Below are positions 52,546 to 64,000 of a stretch of DNA of 64,000 nt, in pieces (position 1 is the first letter of the stretch; each line of letters opens with the position of its first letter). Made by a program: the position numbers and the translations under genes. Source of the DNA: the human T2T-CHM13v2.0 reference genome, Homo sapiens; NCBI RefSeq assembly GCF_009914755.1, contig NC_060927.1; one strand, given 5' to 3'. The notes under the pieces were generated by a model. It saw only the letters and a program-made list of their open reading frames with translations. It did no database searches and had not been told where the DNA came from.

Positions 52546-55500
52546 TGTTGCAGAAGCCTCTGGAGGCAAATGGAGAACATGCTAAATACCCTCCTTCCCT
52601 ACCTGGCTGCTATGCAAACTTCACAGAACTCTGGGGTAGTTTTTCCTCCAGTTCCAGTCCTGACACTTCCCTGAAGCTATGGCAGACCCTCAGAATGTAC
52701 CTGTAAGGCCTTTCCCTAACAGGTAGCCCCTATCTTCATGGTGCTCAGTTAGCCAGCCTTACCACATTTTGCCTGACTCCAGACACCAGACCAGGGACCT
52801 TCAAACTGCCTTTCCTAAATTGGAAACTTTGGCCAACTGATCTGTACAACAGGGTAGTCTAGACTATATTGTCCACTGATGAACTAATTTGTATCTCGGC
52901 AGTAGGAGCTTTGTGAGTTGTATGATACAGTCTTCCTGAGAATGGTTATATATTCTTTTCCTGAAACCTGGATTTCTGGAAGTCCTAATTAACATTGGTT
53001 AAATTTAAGTTTAACTTTGTGGGTTGTGATTATCAGTAGTTCCAACCAAAGGATCTCTAGAAGTTTATCATCTATAATCTAGCTGAATACAGCCTTTTAA
53101 TTAGTGGAGTTTATAGCAAATAGCTTACTCAGCCATTAACCATCAGGACCCTTGAACTTTAAGAAGAAAGTGGGTGAATTCCTCATCTCAGAGGGTAAAA
53201 TGCTAAACTTCCGTGTCTGGTGTAACAGTTACTTTTGGGGGAAGGGGGTTTGGATTCCATTTGCCAAAAGCTTTTACATAAATTGATAACAGAAATGATT
53301 TTTAGCATTTGCCAACAGATTTTGTAATGTATCACTTTTAGCAGAGGGCATGCATAGGACTTGGTTATACAATTTAATTTTCTGTCATTCCCATAGAATC
53401 TGATTGTAAATGTCTGGTTTTTGAGCCAGGGCAACTGACTGCTGGAGGGATGCAGGGTTCATAGAAGTCTGCCAACTGTTAGAGAGAATGTTTCCTCTTC
53501 CCCGCTCCTGATGCCACTAAACACGTCTCTTGAATCCAAAAGGAGGTCATCTAATTTCTTCTCTCTACCCTGGCCTAGTTTCTAAGCTCTTACAGCTATT
53601 CACTCTATTCTATCTAGTTTGTTTTGAAGTATTTATTCAACTTGTTATGCATAGAAGTCATTCTCTGAGACATATTTTCAGACCACCTTAATTACTCTAT
53701 CTAGCATGATTCTGGGCATTGAATAGGCCTGTTTGTGATTTCCCCCTTAGATTTTGGGTTTTCCTATGAGAAGGACCAAGGCAGCTCTCCAGTGGAGGTC
53801 CTCTCTGACAGACTCATGCGCTGAGTGTGTGATCACGATCACATGCTACTTTAGGTTTCCTGGAGGCCCTAGAGCCATAGAACTCCAGATTTGATGGGAT
53901 CTGACTACAGAGATGGCACTATAAAATCCCATCCAAAATCTCTTTAGTACAGAGGATGAGGGCAATCGCTTTACATCTCTTGTAATCACTCTAGTGGGTG
54001 CCATTTTTCTCCCCATGCCAAGTCTTTTCCATTCCTGTGCATTGATTCTGCACCCAGGTACCCACCTTATTCATTCCTTCCAGGACCCTCAGTACTGAAG
54101 CTTTGTTCTCCGGGAGTTTTCCATTTCTGGGCTGTTGGATTTAATGTGACCTTCCTATATGTCAGGTTGAATGGTGAGAGCCTTGTGAATTCCTGGAGAG
54201 CCTTTGTGCAGATTAAGAACAAAGGAGGCAATTTATCTCTTCAAGCATCAGGACTTTTAACCCTGTGTTCTTTAACCTCCCTTTCAGGGTTGTTTAACTT
54301 TTTGCCAGCCCCTTGCCTTGCAGGTCTTGTGTATGCTGTAGTTGAGGGGGCATTTTACAGGATTGCTCAGCTTTTGAAAGGAAATTTGTTTGTGTTTATT
54401 TTTTTTTTGAGGGAGGAGAGGAATCTCCCAAAATTTGATCAGTGGAAGTCTGTCCTTTGGATGTCAGTGGAGACCTCGAGTCGTCTGGCTGCCTTGTGCA
54501 GTTCTATGTCTGTAGCGTGGTGCAAAGGGGTATGTCCCCAGCCTGGAGAGGGGATTCCTGTATGCTGCTCTCAGCTATTATGCACTGGTTTCCTTTCTGA
54601 TTCTGGGCAGGCCACTGTACCTCTCTGGGCCTGAGTTTCTTCACTATAAAGTGAAAGTGCTGAAATGGATGATCACTGAGGTTCCTTTAATCTCTTGAAA
54701 GTCTATGGGGTCTCTGATAATTTAGGAGAAAGTCTTCCTTTGCTTATCTCAACTCTGGGAAAATGCATGTTATAATGGTTGTCTTATGCCTGGGAGTCCC
54801 TGTTCTCAGACATGACACACAAAACGTACAACAACCTGCCACTGGCTGGTATCTGTCCCTAGCTATTAGAAATCCAGCCGCAACAAACCTCCAGCCTTGC
54901 CAGTCTCTGGATGAGCTTTACAAGCTAAGTTCTGAGCCAATTACAGTATCCTTGGTTTATTTTTTGTAGGACCCACCAAATATTTATGGGCTTCCCAGGA
55001 AAGTTCAGTCAACAATTTTAGGGTAGCTATAATCTATGTGTAACAACTACTCTTCAACATGATTTGTTTCCTCTCTTAGTCTATAAAGAGGATTTTTTGA
55101 AAGGAGAAAAGTTTTGTTTGAATTTTCTCAGAAACTCCAAGTTCTTTAAATTGGATATTTGGCAAATCTTTTTCCCCAGAGTTATCCATGTTGGCTGGCC
55201 CTGCCAGATCTTTTTCCTCTCTCTTAGAGGGAGTTTTAACTGCCATTGATTTATCCCTTACCACATTTGGCTTTGTGAAGAGCTGGTGGGGAGGACGATC
55301 TGCAGACTGCTTCTTCCTCTGGAGATTAAGCCTTCAGGACCATATCCTGTACTTTTTCTTAGTGCCTCCCACCATACCGCCCCCTCTTTTGCCACTCTGT
55401 CTTCAGGTATGAGTACATTATTCTGGAAGCTGGGCAGAGAGTGAGGAACTGGGATTGAGGGAACAGAAGCAAGTTTTAAAGGTCAAGAAATTCTCATAGT

Positions 55501-56041
55501 TTATAGAATGATCAAGAGTCAGAACCAGAGGGGGAAGCCTGGCCAGAGTCAGCAAGGGGCCAGGGATCAGGGAAGTAGATAAAGGCCAAGAAGATAAAAT
55601 GGTGAAAGCTCAATCATGGCAGGCAGTATACGATGCATTCAGCATCCAGGGCATCTGCAGAAGCAGAAGGAGCAGGAAGAGAGAGGGGAAGCAGATGTGA
55701 GTTTAACTGCAGCAGTCCTTATTGATTGAGGAATCTCTTTGCTTTGGCCCTGCCTGCACTTGTGCGTGTGCCAAACTCCCAAGCAGAAGGAGCCTGGGCC
55801 TGGGTGGTGGAGCCCAGTGAGAGGACCTGGCCGAGGCACAGTTGTTGATGTCATCAGCTGCTGCCTCCCTACTTCTCTCTGGAACAAGTCATCCTGTGAG
55901 GCTCTGTATTTCTGCTGCTCAAGGACCCGCTGTCCTTTCCATCGGTGAGACTGCAAGTATCCAGGTTTATTCCCTAAGCCTGGGGTTTCAACTTGAGGGG
56001 TCAAACTACCTGGATACATTAAGAAAATGAGACTGGGCAAC

Positions 56042-56387
56042 TGTATTAGTTCCTTTTCATGCTGCTGATAAAGACATACCCAAGACTGGGCAATTTGCAA
56101 AAGAGGTTTATAATGGATTTACAGTTCCACAATTATGGCAGAAGGCAAGGAGGAGCAAGTCACCTCTTACATGGATGGCAACAGGCATAGAGAGCTTGTG
56201 CAGAAAAACTCCCATTTTAAAAATAATCAGATCTCGTGAGACTCATTCGCTATTATGAGAACAGCCCAGGAAAGACCTGCCCCCATAATTCAGTCACCTC
56301 CCACTGAGTTCCTCCCACGACAGGTGGGAAATGTGGGAGTTACAATTCAAGATGAGATTTGGGTGGGGACACAGACAAACCATATCA
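56042..56387 (-). mobile_element. THE1 (C-like) MaLR solo LTR
   Basis: TG...CA termini: tgtattagt...gctgataaagacatacccaagactggg...gatgagatttgggtggggacacagacaaaccatatca. 5-bp TSD gcaac / gcatc. Confidence 0.92.
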
Positions 56388-57249
56388 GCATCCAAATTCC
56401 CCATAGAATATTATCCTTTAGCTTGATGGTCTTTAGATGTGTAATTTCCCCACTTCAGTTCATGATAACAGAGCTGCCTATATATCTTTCTCTGTGTCTT
56501 TAGCTGATGCCCTATCTTTGTGTTCTTGAGTCCTTGGGATGAGTTCACTCATTTTGTTGGGTGGGCCAAAGGGTCTTTCTGGCCGCAAGCAGAACAGGTT
56601 GTGAACTAAAGATACCCATTTATCTTTGTGCTTTTATTCAGTAACCAAGAGGGGCCCTTCCTGCTTTTTGACCCAACTCTCCTCCAATTACCTTTTTCTT
56701 CTTTCTCAAGCTTGAAAGTTTTGAATCTACATATCTCTCTATGGTGCCTGAGAGCACTAGCCTTATCTGTGGCTTGGCTCAGCATGGCAGGCTTCAGCCT
56801 TGACCTGCAATTGGATTTTTCTGGGAATTTCTTACTAGCATTGATCCAGCCCAATTAAATCAGTAAGCTTCCCTGTAGTATCTGTCTTTTCACCCTTCAC
56901 TCATAGATTTAACATCTCTTTTAACCTTTTCCAAATTGGACCATTCATCCTCCAGGCTGAAGATGAAAGAGTCTAGATTTATTTTATATATTTGTATATA
57001 TTTTTAAAAAAACTATATTATTTCTATACTGTAAGCATTCAGGTTAAAGTTTGAATCTTGAAAGTAGCTTCTTTAAACATAATTGTGACAAATATCACTC
57101 TGTTGATTGTTAGTTTACACTTGTCTGAGACCAGCTCTAATTCCATTGGGTATGTGCTCCTTGTAATCCTCTTCCTTGTCCCTTCCTTCCTGAGACTCTC
57201 ATTATAGAAGAAAAAAAAGGAATTGTGTAGTGTGGAGGTCCTTTAACTT

Positions 57250-58105
57250 TCTCAGTTCACGGTACCTTAACATCTCAGTAAGTTTTCTGTGGCACCCTTA
57301 CGTGAAACAGAATACTTAGTAGATCTGTTGATTAAGTAGTTAGATCCAAACAACTTAATAAGTACTAATGTTCTAACAATCCAGTAGCCATTTGAAAAAA
57401 ATGATGCATATAAATGAAAAGTATTTTCTTATTTATTTTTTGACAATTGTATGTATTTATGGTATACAACATGATGTTTTGAAATTGTGGAATGGCTAAA
57501 TTATACTAATTAACATGTTCAGGACCTCAAATACTTATCTTTTTTTTTTGTGGTGAGAACACTTAAAATCTACTCTCTTAGCAATTTCCAACTATACAAT
57601 ACATTGTTATTAACTATAGTCACCATGTTATACAATAGATTTCTTGAATGTATTCCTCCTGGCTAACTTAAATTTTGTATTCTTTGACCAACATTTCCTT
57701 CTCAATCTCCCCAAGAAAAGTACTTTTATTTCATTTTTAACAAACCACAGTTACTTACTAATGAGATGTGTGTGCCTGTTGGGCACTGCACAGCTTCTCA
57801 GAGGCTGGACTCAAATTGGATATTGCTCCCCTTATTTCCTGTTCTCCATTGATTTTTTGTGCTGTGCTTGCTTTTTATCATAGAAATTGCCTCAAATCCA
57901 GTTTTGCAAAGATATGACGTCATTTAAAGGAATGGAGTGTGGTTTAAGGTTGAAACTGAGAGCTACTTTTTGCTAGTAGCTTATGCAATATCTGACAGAT
58001 GCCAAGCATTGATGTGTTTCCCTCAAAAATTTAAAAATTCACATAGCCCCTATGAATTTTCTATGGTGGCCCATGGTATCTTGGTGCATAGTTTGGGAAC
58101 CATGG
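57250..58105 (-). mobile_element. hAT-Charlie (Charlie4-like) DNA transposon split by an L1MA
   Basis: gcctgttgggcactgcacagcttctca...gcaaagatatgacgtcat...tgtgtttccctcaaaaatttaaaa...gtttgggaaccatgg. Subfamily uncertain. Confidence 0.6.
57428..57712 (-). mobile_element. L1MA 3' end
   Basis: ggtatacaacatgatgttttgaa...gtggtgagaacacttaaaatctactctcttagcaattt...aactatagtcaccatgttatacaatagat. Confidence 0.85.
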
Positions 58106-58434
58106 GGATGGTGGAATAAATGTTGGAAAATCTTTTCCAGGAGCAGTTTTGGTGCTTTTTATCCCCTCAGCCTGGTTGCCATTCTCTAGGTTGCCAGACT
58201 TCTCCTGAGAATCTCTTAGCTTCCAAGTGGCCTTGATTCTCAAGGGACTCTTTCTCTCCATTCTCCACTGGCTTCGCTGACCATTTTTGAGGCTGACTGG
58301 TATTTATTAGAGTCTGTATCAGGGAGTCCTTTCTGAGAAAGGGTTAGGTCTTGGTCCACCAAACATAAAATGAGCGGGAGGTGAATGCAGCACCAAGTAG
58401 AGCATTTGGGGTGGGGGCCAGATGCTCCTGGTCA

Positions 58435-59282
58435 GCATCAGCTCTGTAATTTGCTGGGCCCAGGTCAAAACAGAAATGTGAAGCTTCATGTTCAAAAATA
58501 GCAAAGAAAAGTACTATTGTAGGTGTTAATATATAAAATGCTTTCCTTTCTTTCACTATCTCTCTCTTGATCTATCATGGTGTTTTCTATTTTTTATTTA
58601 ATGTTTTGCTGCCTTAGCACAAGCCTCTTAGGGGCCAGTGCAAACCTCCAGGTGTCTGGCTCTCTTCTTACCTTGTGATTTGGTGCACATGGCCTACTGG
58701 CTGCTGGGTTCCCGCTTCCCCCAGCTGCAGGACTGAGCCCTGGCCAGGAGCAGAGAAATTGTTCCAGGTATCTCTCTTTCCATGGACTTGCTGCTTCAAC
58801 TTAGAGGAGGCAACCTCCAAGGATATTGCAAGCACAGGGAAGTGCTAGCTACCTGGATTGTGGGTGGGCAGGAGGCTTACTGCTGAGTTGCTGAGCATGC
58901 GGTGATGGTGCTGCCAACTCAAGGGAGGGATGGCTGACACCATGACTTGCCTGGAGACATTGTGGGGTGTATGTACCTGACCTCCACCTTCCCTCTGCTA
59001 GGTGGAAGGGGTAGGGAAGCCAGGCAAGGCCTGGGGCCCCAGTGGTTGGGGGAATGGTTAGCTAAGAGCCTGTCCTGGGCAGGTAGCTGGAGGTGGACTC
59101 TCAATAAGCCTAGGTCCCAACCCCCAGCACATGCTCCTTCATTCTCTCAGACTTCACTTACAAAGCACAGGTTCAAAAATTAAATTATTAAGAAATTGGA
59201 GACAGTGACGATAGGGCCTTAAATCCCAAACACAGGGCCTTCTGAAGACCCTGTGCAACTACACACCTATGACACTAGCTGT
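58435..59282. mobile_element. MER45/MER91-type hAT-Tip100 element
   Basis: taatttgctgggcccaggtcaaaacagaaatgtg...ttcaaaaa at the left end. aaattattaagaaatt...cacagggccttctgaagaccctgtgcaactacacac at the right end. Confidence 0.5.
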
Positions 59283-59384
59283 GCGGAGGCAGATACACGA
59301 GGGGAATTCTACCTTGTGACTGATCAGACTGAGCTCCCTGTTGCTGAATTAACTAAACTGTGGTTCATTGCTGCACTCAGATCT

Positions 59385-59600
59385 CTGGTAGTATTTATAG
59401 CCAGTTTGTACTGAATTCCCACCATGTGTCAGGCTTCATGCTGAGTGCTTTTTTCTGTAGTAACTCATTTAATTTTCATAATAACTCCATTTTACAGATA
59501 AGAAAACTGAGGTTAAATGAGTCACTCCAAATCCCACAACATGTCAGTGACAGAGCCAAGTTTTGAAGCCAGGCAATATGGTGCCAAAGCCTACCTCCAT
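59385..59600 (-). mobile_element. MIR
   Basis: ccattttacagataagaaaactgaggttaaa...gacagagccaagttttgaagccaggca. Confidence 0.75.
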
Positions 59601-60104
59601 GCCAGGACACCATTCTTTTTCTGGGTGTCATCCAGCTTTTGTTCATAACAATGGCACTAAGTGCTGCTTTGTTTCCTAATTCCAAATAAAACCCTCTTGT
59701 TTCATTCCACATGTATTTCTAGACAAGGACATTTATTTTTAATTTGAAAGCTTCCTTCAAAATGAAATAATCTAATTTTCCAAATATGTTTTCAAGAACA
59801 GTATGTGGCTACATCATTTTAAATCCCCAATTTTCATCAGGCCATGACACTTTTCAACATGGTTGTTACAGTAACAGTCAGGAGCTGAGGTTTGGTGTGA
59901 GTACCTTTGTTTTAGGCGCCATCTCTGCTGGCTGTCAACAGGTGATTGGTGGGCTGAGGGGCAGCACTGTAGCGAGTCCATACAGTCCACACGGTGCAGC
60001 TGAGGACACCAGGAGTAGACCACATTCTATGGCACAAGTGCTTGTTGTAAAGAAGCAGACTATTTATTTAGAACAACAGAAGAGCAGTTATTTTACTTTC
60101 TGAC

Positions 60105-60255
60105 TTGATGCTTAAAGGGTGGATGCTCACCTGGAAGCAAGGGCATCACCTGGGAGCTTGTTAGAAATGCAGGATCTCAGGCCCCCTCCTTGCTGAATCA
60201 CAATCTGCATATTAAAAAAAGCCTCAGGCAATTTATTTGCACATTTTTAAAAAGT
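60105..60255. mobile_element. MER5-type element
   Basis: gcatcacctgggagcttgttagaaatgcaggatctcaggccc...gctgaatcacaatctgcat. Confidence 0.75.
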
Positions 60256-60577
60256 TGTTTTAAGCCTGTGAGTGTGTTTGTGTGCTTATTTCCTTTACTA
60301 CTTCTATGAAAGGACATCCTTTGTCACTTAGGTTAAACATTCTGCCTTGGACTTATGTGGCCTTCTGTAGGCACTTAAACTCCTTTGAGCTTCAGTTTTT
60401 CTTCTGTTAAATGAAGAAGTTGGACCAGATAAGCTCTGTGGTCTATCTTAGTTCTATGGTTTAGTAAAAATCCCTAAGCAACAGAGCTTTGTAAGAGTTT
60501 ATTGCTTCTATTTAAAGCCACCTTTGGGCATTTACACATTTTTAGCCCTGTCTCCTTTATCCTATATCTAACTGCCA

Positions 60578-60725
60578 AAACCCAGTCTCCCAGAATGTGA
60601 CCTACAGCTGCTTGCATCAGACCCACTCGGGGACATTGTGAAAATGCAGATTCCTGGGCCACAGCTTAGCCTTCCTGAATCGGAGTCTCTGGGGACAGGT
60701 CCTAGAAATCCACATCTTTAACCTC
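60578..60725. mobile_element. MER5A-type element
   Basis: gaaaatgcagattcctgggccac...ctgaatcggagtctctgggg...agaaatccacatctttaa. Confidence 0.65.
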
Positions 60726-63489
60726 TGCATTAGAGTGCAAGCATTAACATTTTCTTGCTAGTTTCTAAATACAAAGGTCTCTGGGGGTTTTCTTCTCTCA
60801 TCACTTTCTCTTGTTTTTTAAAGTCACGTGCTTCCTTGGTGCCTTAGAAAAATGGAGGCCTAATGGAAGAAAGGAGAATACTGTGAAAGGAAGCTAGTTT
60901 GGAGAGGGGAGAAAATGAATTTGTGATGACAGCTGGTGATTTGAATGAAATTCTCTAGAAAACATACTAGGCTGTGGTACTGAAGTATACGTAGAGAACT
61001 GGTGAGCTATATGGGTTTGTGGTTGCCCTGATGTAGGATTGGAAACCTGGTCACCTCGGAGCACTGAGGGATGTAAAGGAAAAAGAATGAAATACATTTA
61101 AGTGTAAGAACACATGTCTGAATAAGGCAGCAAAGTCTTCCAGGCAGTGGGAGGAGAGAGCTAGATGCACAGAGGACCTAAGGGTTCAGCTTCGATGACT
61201 GCTCAGAGTTAGAGGGTAGGAGGAAAAGAGGAGTTAGTGAACCCTTCCAGGAGAGCTTGGAGAGGCAGAGGAGAGCTAGGACAGCCGGAGGTGAGAACAG
61301 CAGGAGAGAAGAGCATGGAGGTGGTCAATAGTCAAACACTATATGCCAGTCAGTCTGTCTCCAGAAGGACTTGTGCCCTTGGAATGAGGGTTCAGCGTCT
61401 TTAATCATGTCATGGCAGCCAGATTATATGTGATTTAAGAGGGCAACAGGAAAAGGAGCAGAGAAGGGGAGGGTGACGGGGCCTGTGATTGTGATGATGT
61501 ACTACTCACACTTTTGCAGGACAGGGGAAACACTGGGTCATTTCAAGAGGCGTGGTCTCCTCGGTGGAGGGGTGGGTATTCACCCTTGGTGCCTGTACAG
61601 TGCTTACAAGGTAGTGCCTGTGAGGTTGCCAGCTTGGGAAGGAAGTGATGTGGGTGCGATGGGGGAAGATAGTTGGTAAAGACACAAACATTCTCGGCCA
61701 GTTGGCAAACATTGGGAGCAGCAAGCTGGAGGCAAACAGATGTCAGTATTTAGCAAGATGTTAGGACATTTTGGAAGCAAGAAAGCCCTTCTTTCAGCCC
61801 ACTTCCAGGAGGGATTGGTAATTTTCTTCCTCACTTGAACTTTGTCAGCTACTTAACATAATTCAAACACACTGTAGCTATATTTGGCAGATGGTCAACT
61901 TCTCTGGGGAGCTTACATCACGGGCACCATCAGGTCAATTCAACAAGCATGTCTCGAGGGTGTTCCATATGTAAAGCACTGACTTTGGCTAGTAGGGATC
62001 AGAAAGGCTGGGCCAGCCTTTAGGAGACGTGGTTCTGAATGTGTGTTGCTTTCCAGTTAGTTTGGTTATCAAGTGAGCTACTGAGAAGCAATCAGGGAAT
62101 TTTGTTTTAAGTAAACAAATACACACTTTAGTGCCACTAACAAGACAGAGAAGGTGATTTTAGACAATTGTTAGAATTCAGTTAATTTTGACCAACATTT
62201 GTCAAGTGATTGAGGTTTGATAGGCCCCATGTTAAGGATTGAGGATACAGAAATAAGTAAGATGGCTTTGGCCTCAAAGAATTCAGAGTCTAGCAGGGGA
62301 GACAACCAAGAAGATATAATTACAGCTTATCCTACAGATCCTGCAGTGGGGTCACCACTGGATGCTAAGGAAGCATAAACCAGAGGGACTGAGCTCAGGA
62401 GGTGATTCTGATTAAGCCTTAAAGAACAAGTAGGAGTTTAAACTGCTGAGAGACTGAAAAAAAAAAGTAAATGAGATGATGTGATTCCTCTGTGGCAGCC
62501 ATTTAGCGGCAGAACATGTGGTTTTGGTTTGTAGAGGTCTGCTAGGGGCTTTCAGGACTTTTAGCTCCTGAAGAGCAGGCAGGGCAGCCTTGATGAATAG
62601 AGAAGAAGAATATTCTCTATATTCTTCTTCCACTTCTCTCTTCCTTGTTTTTCTTCCTTACTCAAAGAGGTCTGAAGCAATAAGGAAGGCAACAGTAACT
62701 AAGGCCCGTTGCCCTTGCTGACCTCCCACCGCACACACTGCCCACCTAGGGTTGAGGAGGAAATCTAAAGGTTTTTGAGAGGGTGCCCAAAGGCACCATC
62801 TGGTCATTGTATGAGCAGATTATCTGGGCACTGAGGAAGAGAATGTGGTATGTCTTTTAGGACAGCTTTTTGGTTTGGGGTTGGGAATCTCAAAGGTAGC
62901 TCTCTGCATCTGGAATGGCACAGCCTTGCTTTTCTTTCCAACTTGATACCCCTTGAGCTACACACACGTTGTTTCCAAAACAAGAGTATTCAGACAAGGA
63001 CAAGGACAAAATGTTGACCCCTCAAAATTTCCTCCCCTCTTGGTGAGACTTCTCACCCCAGGATGACCCCCCAATCCCTGTATTTGGGAGCTTGCCCTCC
63101 GTTCCCCCTTCCCTGAGTAGGTGACAATGGACATAGGCAGTGCTGTGTCCTGTGTGTGTTGTTTACTTGTGTCTCTCACATGGTCTTGGCTACAGTGGGG
63201 CAGGAGCTACATTGGGAAGGTGGGTCTTTTCCACTCAGGAAAGACTGCTTTGTACTAGATTTATACCAGAATTGAGTGGAAGGAGTTCTGGAGTAAGAGA
63301 GAAGGTTTCTTATTTTCAAAGACTAAGAAGGAAAAGCATAGAAGGAGCATATAGCATCGTGATGATAGGGCTGGGTGCTGATGTGGCTTCAGCAGCAGCA
63401 TATGAGCCAACACTGCAACAATTTTAGCAAGATGAGCCCGGCCCTGTGCAAGGAGGATGTGTGAATTCAGAAGGGTTACATATTTTGGG

Positions 63490-63790
63490 GATGAAGTTAG
63501 GGAAATTTGAATATAGGATGGTTATTAGATGATATTAAGAATTATTAGTTAATTTTGTTAGGTGTGGTAATGGTATTGTAGCTGAGTGCCCTCATATTTA
63601 AGAGATTCATATTGTAGTATTTATGGGTGAAATGTCAGGATGTCTGCAATTCACTTCAAAATAATTCAGCAAAAATGATGAAGCAAATATGGCAATAAGC
63701 TAATAATTGTTAAATCTAGGTTATGGTGACTAGTTATACTATTCTTTCTACTTTTCCATATGACTAAAACATTCCTTAGTTAAAAAAAAA
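63490..63790 (+). mobile_element. L1ME 3' end
   Basis: gggaaatttgaatatagga...ggtgtggtaatggtattgt...gatgaagcaaatatggcaa...actattctttctacttt, then poly-A. Confidence 0.7.
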
Positions 63791-63799
63791 AAAAAAAAA

Positions 63800-64000
63800 G
63801 AGTACAGGCTCTGAAGCCAGACTGCATGGGCCCAAATCGTGGCATGTGGTTTTAACCTATGTGCCATTTTCTCCTCTTTAAAATGAGATGAGATAATAAA
63901 GGTTCCTACTGCACAGGGTTGTGTGAAGATGGAATTGTATAACACATGGAATGCTTAGATCAGTATCTAGTCCATAAAGTCTCAACAACTGTTTTATTAT
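63800..64000 (+). mobile_element. MIR
   Basis: ggctctgaagccagactgc...ctttaaaatgagatgagaataataaaggttcctac...cagggttgtgtgaagat. Confidence 0.7.

Noticed and set aside
54146-54634. 162-aa ORF and the 153-aa ORF at 55639-56100
   Set aside because: No Kalirin similarity and no recognisable domain. The second begins inside the THE1 LTR.
56030-56093. agactgggcaa present both just outside and inside the THE1 LTR
   Set aside because: An 11-bp match with no mechanistic link to the 5-bp TSD. Most likely coincidence.

Overview
Primate (very likely human) genomic DNA. It is repeat-rich (Alu, L1, L2, MIR, MaLR/ERVL LTRs, hAT DNA transposons) with one strong CpG island at ~30.9-32.55 kb. The island holds a first coding exon on the + strand: ATG at 31871, donor CAG|GTAAGC at 31943/31944, peptide MNPPEGAAEEGGAADSDVDAFFRT. 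I recognise this as the 'Ex1B' N-terminus of KALRN (Kalirin RhoGEF kinase). Bases 1-30.9 kb are upstream intergenic sequence and 31944-64000 are the start of the long first intron. Almost all ORFs in the supplied track are repeat- or GC-derived noise. I see no evidence of a new multi-gene system. The most interesting signals are: (1) a strong-Kozak uORF in frame with the KALRN CDS and separated from it by a single TGA; (2) a near-consensus REST/RE1 site in an L2 remnant of intron 1; (3) three short non-tandem local duplications whose downstream copies sit in old MIR/L2 elements, one of them a duplicated exon-like cassette; (4) a young AluYd8 insertion; (5) candidate recursive and cryptic splice sites in intron 1. 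Repeat boundaries and subfamily calls were made by eye and are approximate.
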